Assembly: GCA_963716255.1 (NCBI GenBank)
Contig: OY970303.1
Location: forward strand, 864,001 to 928,000
Direction of reading: 5' to 3'
DNA from: an uncultured Gemmatimonadales bacterium
Lineage (GTDB): Bacteria; Gemmatimonadota; Gemmatimonadetes; Longimicrobiales; Longimicrobiaceae
DNA length: 64,000 nt
Shown: positions 21,481 through 29,534 of the stretch, in pieces
How the letters are laid out: every line of letters begins with the position of its first letter
Position numbering within the stretch: position 1 is the first letter of the stretch
The notes under the pieces: generated by a model
Seen by the model: only the letters and a program-made list of their open reading frames with translations
What the model was told of the DNA's origin: nothing
Databases searched by the model: none
Program-made: the position numbers and the translations under genes

Positions 21481-23634
21481 TCAAAAACCGGAGGCGGCGG
21501 ACGCGCGCCGGAGCGCGTCGAGGCGTCCAAGGGTGTCGCGGAAGCGGATGTCGAAGGCGAGGACGCGCTCGTAGGCGCCCTGGGCGGCGGCGGTGTTCCC
21601 CATGGCCTCCTGGCAGCGCCCCAGCTGGTAGACGACGCCCACCACGTCCGCCTCGCCGGTGCCGGGGATCTGGAGCGCCCTTTCCAGCACGCGCGAAGCG
21701 ACGGCGAATTGGCCCTTGTCCACGAAGCAGCGCCCGAGCAGCTCCAGCGTCGCCAGCGGGCTGGCCCCGGCGCGCAGCGCCACCTGGAACTGGGCGATGG
21801 CCTCGTCCACCAGCCCCATCTCCATGAAGGCCAGCCCCAGGTCGTAGTGGCTGGCGGCGTCCTCGGCGGAGATGTTCTCGTTGACCTTCTGCCGGAACAC
21901 GGCGAGCATGTCGGCGAAGTCGCGGTCCTCGTCGCCGGTGGGCTCCTCCTCTTCCACGACGAAGCGGGTGGTGCGCTCGGCAGGCTCGTCGTCCAGGATC
22001 AGCGAGCCCAGGTCCACGTACTCCTCGGCCTGGGGGGCCGCGGGCGCGGAGGCGGCGGGCGCGGCCGGCACGGCGAGCACGCGCCGGGCCTCCTCGTTGG
22101 CGGAGTCCATCTCCAGCACGCGCTGGTAGACGGCGCGCGACTTGGGGTTGTCGGCGGGGGAGCCGAGGTGCCGCCCCAGGTCCAGGTACGCGCGCACCAT
22201 GGACTCGGTGTCGGCGGCGCGGAAGGCGTACTCCACCTGCTTCTGGTAGACGGCGGTGTCCTCGGGGCGCCGGGCGAGGAGGGAGCGCACCGCACCGATG
22301 GCCTCGCGGTACAGCCCGCGGGAGGCCAGGTCGCGGTGCGCGGCGACGAGCACCTCCTGGGCCCCGGCGCCCTCCCCGCGGTCCTCCAGCAGGTCCACCA
22401 GCCGGTGCAGCGCGGCGGTGTCGTCGGGGGCGGCGGCGACGCGCTCGCGCAGCGCCTCCACCGTCTCGCGCGCGGCGGCGGGCTCGGGGGCCAGGTCGAA
22501 GCCGACGTCCAGGAGCGCGGGGGCGTCGCCGGGCGCGGGACCGGCGTCCACGTCCAGGAACGGGAGCGGCTCCCCGTCCGTCCCGTCGTCGTCCTCGTCG
22601 TCGAAGCCGGGGAGGGGCTCCAGCTCGGCCAGCTCGTGGGATGCCGGGAAATCGTCCAGCGCGGGGGGCGGCGCGGCGGGCCCAGGCGCGAGCGAGGTGT
22701 GCTCGATCTCCAGCCCGGAGTCGAGGAGAGGGAGCGTGCCGCCCCGGTCTTCCTCCGCCCCGGCTTCCCCGCCCCACGAGGAATAGCCTTCCGCGGTCTC
22801 CAGCCCCTCCAGCGCGCCGATCTCGGCCGCGCCCGCGGCTTCCGCGGTCACCGGCAGGTCCAGCCCGGCGACGGGGGCGGCCTCCACCGGCTCGTCGGAC
22901 GGCTCGATGCTGCCGTGGAACTCCAGGGCGAAGGCGTCGCCGCCGTCCGCCTCGTCCTCGGGCTCGGCGTAGCTGAAGTCCTCCGGCGCGGCGGCGGCGG
23001 CGGGGGTCGGCGCGGCCCGGGCGGACAGGTCGGCGTACGGGTCGATGGCGAGCACGCGCTGCTGGGTCGCCTCGGCGGCGGCCTCGTCGCCGCGCGCGCG
23101 CTGGTGGTCGCGCAGCGCGAGGAGCTGCGCGACGGCCTGCTCCTGGTGGCCGTGGGCGAGGAGCTGCTCGGCGAGGAGGACGCGGACCTCGGTGTCGTCG
23201 GGCGACAGGTCGGCGAACTCGTTGAGCGCGGCGAAGGAGGCGTCGAGCTGTCCGGCGCGCTGCATGCGCGCGGCGTACTCCAGGAAGTTCTGGCGGGCGT
23301 CGGCGAGGAAGCCGTGGGCGGCGCTGATCTGCCCCAGCTTCAGGTACACGGAGGCGCGGGCGGGAGCGATCCGCAGCACCTTGCGGCAGAGGGCGATGGC
23401 GTTGTTGTGGAGCCCGGCCTCGGAGTACGCGTCCACGGCGCGGTCGTACGCTTCCACGGCGCGGTCGGCCTGCCCCAGCCGGATGTGGATGTCCCCGATG
23501 CGGTTCCAGAGCCCGACCTCGACTTCTTCGGGCGCCTGCTCGACGAGCTGGAGGTAGACGTCCAGCGCCTCCTTCCACTGGTCCCTCTGTTCGAGGGCGC
23601 GGGCGCGCTCCCTGAGCTGTGCGACGTTCGCCAT
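21481..23634 (-). CDS. TPR-repeat protein with acidic linker
   Basis: Multiple TPR helices, C-terminal HYDLGLAFMEMGL and DIRFRD. Confidence 0.8.
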   Translation of the reverse strand: MANVAQLRERARALEQRDQWKEALDVYLQLVEQAPEEVEVGLWNRIGDIHIRLGQADRAVEAYDRAVDAYSEAGLHNNAIALCRKVLRIAPARASVYLKLGQISAAHGFLADARQNFLEYAARMQRAGQLDASFAALNEFADLSPDDTEVRVLLAEQLLAHGHQEQAVAQLLALRDHQRARGDEAAAEATQQRVLAIDPYADLSARAAPTPAAAAAPEDFSYAEPEDEADGGDAFALEFHGSIEPSDEPVEAAPVAGLDLPVTAEAAGAAEIGALEGLETAEGYSSWGGEAGAEEDRGGTLPLLDSGLEIEHTSLAPGPAAPPPALDDFPASHELAELEPLPGFDDEDDDGTDGEPLPFLDVDAGPAPGDAPALLDVGFDLAPEPAAARETVEALRERVAAAPDDTAALHRLVDLLEDRGEGAGAQEVLVAAHRDLASRGLYREAIGAVRSLLARRPEDTAVYQKQVEYAFRAADTESMVRAYLDLGRHLGSPADNPKSRAVYQRVLEMDSANEEARRVLAVPAAPAASAPAAPQAEEYVDLGSLILDDEPAERTTRFVVEEEEPTGDEDRDFADMLAVFRQKVNENISAEDAASHYDLGLAFMEMGLVDEAIAQFQVALRAGASPLATLELLGRCFVDKGQFAVASRVLERALQIPGTGEADVVGVVYQLGRCQEAMGNTAAAQGAYERVLAFDIRFRDTLGRLDALRRASAASGF

Positions 23635-23799
23635 GGATGGACGAAGGGGGGAACGACGGGGACTGGCTCGCCCGCGAGGGCGGGGAGCCGGGAACAGCGG
23701 CGCCGCCGGGGCATGGCCCGGGCGGCGCGCTCGCGGTGAGCAAGCTCCGCAAAATAACGGCTTTGCGGGACCCGAACAAGCAAGGGCCCCCGCGGCGGG

Positions 23800-25050
23800 T
23801 CAGACCACCCGGTGCCCCCGCTTCCAGACGCCGGCGCAGACGGGCGCGGCGAGCCGGTACGGGATCTCGGCGACGCTCCCGGCGCGCCAGAGCGCCAGGT
23901 CGGCGGGGGCGCCGGGGGCGAGGGTCCCGCGCCCGTCGGCGATCTCCAGGGCGGCGGCTCCGCCGGCGGTGGCGGCGCGCAGCGCCTCGGCGGGGCTCAT
24001 CCCCATGCGCGAGCAGGCTGCGGTCATCGCGAACGGCAGCGACGGGGTGGGCGAGGAGCCGGGGTTGAAGTCGGTGGCGAGGGCGACCGTGGCGCCTGCC
24101 TCCAGGAGCGCCCGCGCGGGGGCGAACCGGGGGCGCCCCAGGAAGAACAGGGTCGCGGGGAGGAGGGTGGCCACGGTGCCTGAGGCGGCGAGGGCGCGGA
24201 TGCCGGCCTCGGAGATGTCGCCCAGGTGGTCGGCGGAGGCGGCGCCCAGCTCGGCGGCCAGCTCGGCGCCGCCGCTCCCCTCGAGCTCGTCGGCGTGGAG
24301 CTTGGGGCGCAGGCCGTGGTCCAGCCCTGCGCGCAGGATGCGCTCGGTCTGCGCGCGGTCGAACACGCCGGGCTCCATGAACACGTCGCAGAAGCGCGCG
24401 AGCCCGGCCCCGGCGACGGCGGGAATGGACTCCTCCACCAGCAGGTCGACGTACGCGTCGCGCCGGTCGCGGTACTCGGGGGGGAACTCGTGCGCTCCAA
24501 GGAAGGTGGGGACCAGCTCGATGGGCTGCATCTCGCCCAGGCGGCGGATGGCGCGCAGCGTCTTGAGCTCGTCGGCGGTGCTCAGCCCGTAGCCGCTCTT
24601 GACCTCGGCGGTGGTGGTGCCGTTCTGCAGCATCTCGCGCAGCCTGGGGAGCGCCATCCGCACCAGGTCGTCCTCGCTGCGCTCGCGCAGGTCGCGCACG
24701 GAGGCGTTGATGCCGCCGCCGCGCCGGGCGATCTCCATGTACGGCACGCCGGTGCAGCGGAGCACGTACTCGTCCGCGCGCCACCGCCCGAACACGGCGT
24801 GGGTGTGCGAGTCCACCAGCCCGGGCGTGAGCACGCCGCCCTCGCAGTCCACGCGCTGCGCGCCCGGCCAGCGCGCCAGCAGCTCGCCCTCCGCTCCGAT
24901 GGCTGCGATGCGGCCGTCCCGCACGGCGACGGCGGCGCCCTCCTGCACGGCGGCGGGGTCGCGATCTTCCGCGGAGGAGGTGGGGCCGGTGCAGGCGGCG
25001 ACCTGGGCGGCGTTGGTGAAGACGAGGGTTGCGGCGGCGGATTCGGGCAT
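23800..25050 (-). CDS. hutI: Imidazolonepropionase
   Basis: PGLVDSHTH, EVKSGYG, FLGAH, HADE, ATDFNPGSSP. Confidence 0.93.
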   Translation of the reverse strand: MPESAAATLVFTNAAQVAACTGPTSSAEDRDPAAVQEGAAVAVRDGRIAAIGAEGELLARWPGAQRVDCEGGVLTPGLVDSHTHAVFGRWRADEYVLRCTGVPYMEIARRGGGINASVRDLRERSEDDLVRMALPRLREMLQNGTTTAEVKSGYGLSTADELKTLRAIRRLGEMQPIELVPTFLGAHEFPPEYRDRRDAYVDLLVEESIPAVAGAGLARFCDVFMEPGVFDRAQTERILRAGLDHGLRPKLHADELEGSGGAELAAELGAASADHLGDISEAGIRALAASGTVATLLPATLFFLGRPRFAPARALLEAGATVALATDFNPGSSPTPSLPFAMTAACSRMGMSPAEALRAATAGGAAALEIADGRGTLAPGAPADLALWRAGSVAEIPYRLAAPVCAGVWKRGHRVV

Positions 25051-25140
25051 CGTCTGCGTTGTTCGAAGGTTGGGGCAGGATCCGGTGCGTGGTGCTCGGG
25101 CGCGGGGAGGGGGCCGGGGGGAGGGGGCCCGCCGTTGCCG

Positions 25141-25299
25141 TTCGCGGTTCCGCAGTACCCACATGATTCGTTGCGGAGGGAGACAGCCGGCAGTTTGGCT
25201 GGCTCCCTCCGGCGGAGGGAGACCCGGGGCTGTTTCCGGGGCTCCCGGAGCCCGCGTAGGAAACAGGCCGGCCGTTTGGCCTGGTTCCGGAGCGGTCCC
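25141..25299. repeat. Family B repeat, copy 2
   Basis: Aligns with 4918-5076; three GAGAC/GAAAC-stem-GGCNGTTT-stem-GGCTC/GGTTC units. Confidence 0.85.
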
Positions 25300-25448
25300 G
25301 TCCCCGCCCCCACGGCTCGATCCCCGGAAATCCACGAAAGCCACGACTGGCGGAGTTCTTGCGAATTCCGACGCGGGCGGGCTACATGCTATGTCCGCCC
25401 GGCGCACCGCGTCAACACGCCTCCCACCGCCAGACCGGAATCCCGACC

Positions 25449-28124
25449 ATGGTCGAAGTCTCGACGACGCCCCCCTCCGAACGCTACCCCGGCCGCCCTC
25501 CGGAGGGGCGCCTGGTGGTGATCGCCCCCACGCGGGCGTCGTGCGAGACCATCGAGATCGGGGTGCAGCTCACGGACGTGACAACCATCCTGGAGCGCGA
25601 GCACGGCACGGAGATCCGCCAGCTGTCGCGCGAGGGAAAGGGCTTCGGGATCGTGGCGGGGACGGGGACGGGGAAGACGCTGGCGGTGCGCAGCATGGCG
25701 CAGGAGATCGTGGGGACGGAGCTGCGGGTGGGGGTGGTGAACCGGGAGCGCGAGGCGACGCCGGAAACGCCCAGCTGGAACGTGGTGATCGTGACCACGG
25801 GGATCGCGCGGCGCTGGCTGCAGGACGACCTGATCACGGCGGACGACGTGGTGGTGGTGGACGAGATCCACCAGACGTCGGCGGAGCTGGAGCTGTGCCT
25901 GGCGCTGGCGAAGCGCGCGGGGTGCCGCTTCATCTGGCTGTCGGCGACGGTGGACCCCACCTTCTACGCGGAGTACCTGGAGTCGTCGACTGTGATCGCG
26001 TCGTCGGCGTACGACCCGGCGCGGGCGGCGCGGGTGCGGGTGTCCAACACGGCGAGCCCGCTGGACTTCCTGGCGGAGCGCTTTCTCCGCCACGTGAAGA
26101 AGGAGCGGCGCGGGGTGGCGGTGTTCGTCCCCACGCGGGCGGGGACGGAGCAGGTGGCGAAGCAGATCGGAGACAAGTGGCCGGGGATCTTCGCGGAGTA
26201 CTACCACGGCGGCGAGCCGGTGGCGAAGCTGGCGCCCTTCCTGGGCGGCGAGGCACCGAAGCCGTACGTGCTGGCGATGACGGCGGCGGGGCAGTCGGCG
26301 CTGAACATCCGCGGGCTGGACACGGTGATCATCGAGGACGCGCAGTTCACCACGCTGGTGAAGAAGGGGAAGCGGGTGCTGACGCGCCTGCCGCTGGGCG
26401 CCAACGAGATCCTGCAGATGGCGGGGCGGGTGCACGGGCGGGTGGAGAACGGGGAGGTGTACATCCTGTCGGAGCGGGCGATCGACTTCGCGAAGCTGGA
26501 GCCCACGGCCCCCAACTTCCAGCTGGCGGGCGACCCGGAGCGGGTGGCGATGACCTGCGCGGACATGGGGGTGCGCGCGGACGAGCTGGAGCTGCCGGTG
26601 CCGCTGGACCGCATCGCCTACCGGCGCGCGGTGGAAACGCTGGAGCGGCGCGGGCTGATCTCGGGGAACCGGCTCACGGACTACGGCCGCCGGGTGGAGG
26701 TGCTCCCGGTGGACCGCCCCTGGGGGGAGCTGCTGGTGAGGAGCCCGGAGGAGCTGGTGCCGGTGGTGGCGACGTGCTCCAGCATCGAGTCGCTGCACCG
26801 CATGCTCCGCCCGGACAACGACATCGCGGCGTTTGTGGTGCCGGGGAGCGACCACCTGACGGCGTACCGCATCTACGAGGACGCGCTGCGCAGCTGCGGC
26901 GCGCTGGGGAGCGTGTACGGCCTGCCGCGGCACGTGTTCGACGACGAGGCGCTGGCGGCGTGGGCGGAGGAGCGGGGGGTGCTGGTGAGGTCCATCGAGG
27001 ACGCGGCGCTGGCGATCGCCTCCATCTACCGCTCGCTGGACCTGGAGCTGCCGCGCCACCTGCCGCGCATGAGCGACGAGCTGCACCGCGGGTGGCAGCG
27101 CCTGCTGGCGGAGGTGATGCCCTTCGACCTGGTGATCGACGAGGAGACGAGCTGGGGCGAGGAGGTGCGGGTGTCGCAGAGCAGCGTGTGCGGCAGGTAC
27201 GGGGCGATCGCGGGGGAGCTGCGCTACTTCTCGGACCGGGCGGGACGGGCGCGCGGCGCCATCGAGGGGACGGAGATCCCGTACAACTTCCTGTGGGAGT
27301 TCGCGGACCCGGGGGAGCCGGAGATCCTGTACGACCCGGGGCACCGCCGCACGCCGCTGCGCGCGAAGCGGGTGAGGAGCTTCCACGGCTTCGAGCTGGA
27401 CTCGGAGGTGCAGGCGCTGGACGTGTTCCCCCCGGAGCTGGCGGAGGCGGCGCGGCGCAGGCTGGCGGAGGCGATGGCGGCGGGCGGCTCGTACCACTCC
27501 TCGGCCAAGGCGAACCGCGACACGGTGCGCGAGCTGCGCGAGGTGTTCCGGCGCTCGTCGGGGGCGACGCGCGACGCGAGCGAGAAGGAGCTGGCGGCGT
27601 ACTTCCTGGAGCGGATGCGGGGGATCGATTCGTACGCGGCGTTCATGGACGCGGAGCTGCGCCTGGACCCGGAGGAGTTCGCGCCGGCGGCGGAGCGCGA
27701 GCGGTGGATGGCGCTGCCGGGAACGGTGACGCTGCACGACGCGGAGTACCCGCTGGACTACGGCTTCGAGGGGCAGCAGCCGGTCGTGCGGGTGCGGGTG
27801 CCGGCGAAGGCGCTGCGCTTCATGGACGACGACGACCTGCCGGAGCTGGACCGGCCGATCCACTGGACGGTGACGCGCGGCAAGCAGGAGGCGATCCGCG
27901 CGGCCACGGTGGAGGAGGCCCGCATCCGCCTGGACGAGGCGCGCGCGGAGCAGACGCAGGCGTGGAAGGACCAGGAGTTCATGGAGGTGGTGGGCGACCG
28001 CCCCCGGCGGAAGGGACAGCAGGGCCGGGGGCGCGGCGGCAAGCCGGCGCACGCGGGGCCCAAGCCGCCGAAGCGCGGGGGGCGGGGCGGCGGCCGCGGG
28101 GGGGGACGGCGGCGGCGCGGCTGA
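25449..28124 (+). CDS. SF2 DExH helicase (HrpA/HrpB-like) with basic Arg/Gly tail
   Basis: GTGTGKT, DEIH, SAT, QMAGRVHGR, C-terminal RGG repeats. Confidence 0.8.
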   Translation: MVEVSTTPPSERYPGRPPEGRLVVIAPTRASCETIEIGVQLTDVTTILEREHGTEIRQLSREGKGFGIVAGTGTGKTLAVRSMAQEIVGTELRVGVVNREREATPETPSWNVVIVTTGIARRWLQDDLITADDVVVVDEIHQTSAELELCLALAKRAGCRFIWLSATVDPTFYAEYLESSTVIASSAYDPARAARVRVSNTASPLDFLAERFLRHVKKERRGVAVFVPTRAGTEQVAKQIGDKWPGIFAEYYHGGEPVAKLAPFLGGEAPKPYVLAMTAAGQSALNIRGLDTVIIEDAQFTTLVKKGKRVLTRLPLGANEILQMAGRVHGRVENGEVYILSERAIDFAKLEPTAPNFQLAGDPERVAMTCADMGVRADELELPVPLDRIAYRRAVETLERRGLISGNRLTDYGRRVEVLPVDRPWGELLVRSPEELVPVVATCSSIESLHRMLRPDNDIAAFVVPGSDHLTAYRIYEDALRSCGALGSVYGLPRHVFDDEALAAWAEERGVLVRSIEDAALAIASIYRSLDLELPRHLPRMSDELHRGWQRLLAEVMPFDLVIDEETSWGEEVRVSQSSVCGRYGAIAGELRYFSDRAGRARGAIEGTEIPYNFLWEFADPGEPEILYDPGHRRTPLRAKRVRSFHGFELDSEVQALDVFPPELAEAARRRLAEAMAAGGSYHSSAKANRDTVRELREVFRRSSGATRDASEKELAAYFLERMRGIDSYAAFMDAELRLDPEEFAPAAERERWMALPGTVTLHDAEYPLDYGFEGQQPVVRVRVPAKALRFMDDDDLPELDRPIHWTVTRGKQEAIRAATVEEARIRLDEARAEQTQAWKDQEFMEVVGDRPRRKGQQGRGRGGKPAHAGPKPPKRGGRGGGRGGGRRRRG

Positions 28125-28148
28125 CGGCGCAGGACGGGGGACGCGGGG

Positions 28149-28188
28149 GGGGGCGGGCGGAGCGATCCGCCCGCCCCCGGTTCTTTCT
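28149..28188 (+). terminator. Probable terminator after the helicase
   Basis: GGGGGCGGGCGGA/TCCGCCCGCCCCC followed by TTCTTTCT. Confidence 0.6.
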
Positions 28189-28190
28189 GC

Positions 28191-28233
28191 TTGACCGCGG
28201 CGCGTGCGCGCAATACTATATCGTCAGACGATA
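28191..28233 (+). promoter_or_regulatory. Sigma70 promoter with overlapping palindromic operator
   Basis: TTGACC-N17-TACTAT; palindrome TATCGTC-A-GACGATA at 28219-28233. Confidence 0.7.
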
Positions 28234-28254
28234 CATCGACCCCCGAGCATCGAC

Positions 28255-28629
28255 ATGCCGAACGACGACCCGAGCGCCCCGGCCCCCCGGCGGCTCCTCC
28301 CGCTCACCCCGGCCAGCCTGCACGTCCTGCTGGCGCTGGCGGACGGGGAGCGGCACGGGTACGGGATCATGCGCGAGGTGGAGGAGCGCACCGGCGGCGA
28401 GCTGCGCCTGGGCCCGGGCACGCTGTACGGCTCGCTGAAGCGGATGCTGGGCGAGGGGCTGATCGCGGAGGCGGGCGAGCGCGCGGACCCGCAGCTGGGC
28501 GACGAGCGCCGCCGCTACTACGGGATCACGGCGCTGGGACGCGCGACGGCGGCGGCGGAGGCGCGGCGGCTGGACGCGCTGGTGCGCCTGGCCCGCAGCA
28601 AGCGCCTGATCGGCCCGGAGCCGGCGTGA
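28255..28629 (+). CDS. PadR family transcriptional regulator
   Basis: HGYGIM, GPGTLYGSLKRM, RRRYYGITALG. Confidence 0.9.
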   Translation: MPNDDPSAPAPRRLLPLTPASLHVLLALADGERHGYGIMREVEERTGGELRLGPGTLYGSLKRMLGEGLIAEAGERADPQLGDERRRYYGITALGRATAAAEARRLDALVRLARSKRLIGPEPA

Positions 28630-29081
28630 GCGCGCGTCCTCCGCGGCCGGACGCGGCCGAGCGCCTGTACGCCCTGATCCTGCGCGCTTACCCCGCGGCC
28701 TTCCGCGAGCGCTTCGGCGCGGAGATGCGGCAGCTCTTCCGCGACCGCCGGCAGGGCGCGACGGAGCGGGGCGAGGGCGCCGCGCGCTTCTGGCTGGATC
28801 TCGCGGCGGACACCGTCCGCGCCCTCCCGGCGCAGCACCTGGCCGCCCTGCGCGAGCGGCGGCATGCCTCGCCCGCGCGCACTCCCTTTCACCGCTTCCA
28901 GGATAGAGCCATGATCTTTCGCAAGCTGGCCGGCGCCCTGCTGGTCGTGATCGCCCTGGTCCACATCGGCATAGACGTGGCCCACCCCCACAGCAGCATG
29001 GGCGGGCTCGCCATCCTGCTGACGGCGCTGATGCTCGCGGCGGGCGCGGTGCTGCTGGTGTACCGGCGCCGCGCGGCCTGA
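28626..29081 (+). CDS. PadR-associated membrane protein
   Basis: GTGA overlap with padR; LYALILRAYPAAFRERFGAEM N-terminus; two C-terminal TM helices. Confidence 0.7.
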   Translation: MSARPPRPDAAERLYALILRAYPAAFRERFGAEMRQLFRDRRQGATERGEGAARFWLDLAADTVRALPAQHLAALRERRHASPARTPFHRFQDRAMIFRKLAGALLVVIALVHIGIDVAHPHSSMGGLAILLTALMLAAGAVLLVYRRRAA

Positions 29082-29100
29082 CGGGAGGCCCCCGGCGGCC

Positions 29101-29230
29101 CCCACCCGGATCGCTCAGGCTCGTACGGCTTGGCCCCTATCCCCCAATTCTGGGGGAGGGCTTCCTGACCCTCGCCCACCGACGTGTCGTTGAGGGCTCC
29201 CTCTTTCCCCGCTTGCGGGGAAGAGGGGCC
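29101..29230. repeat. Family C REP-like palindrome cluster
   Basis: CCCCCAATTCTGGGGGAGGGCTTCCTGA and CCCCGCTTGCGGGG shared with 38240-38370. Confidence 0.6.
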
Positions 29231-29534
29231 GGAGGATCTTCGACGAACCCAGAGTCAGCGCCTCCACCCCCTTTTGCGCTCCTGGCGAGGTGGAGTCCGG
29301 CGCGCAGGGCGGCCCTCCGCGGGGGGGCCGCGTCCGATTGTGGGACGACGTTTCCCATTTCCGGACTGCGCCGCACCGGACGCACGGATCCAAGTGCTTG
29401 CGGCGCAGCATGATGAATTACCTCCCTCACGGGAACGGATCTGGCCCCTCACGCGCTGGCCGCCGGGATCACCCCCACGATCCGCCCGACCGACGTGCGG
29501 CCGCTCGCGCGGTCCACCCTCACCGAAGCATGCA

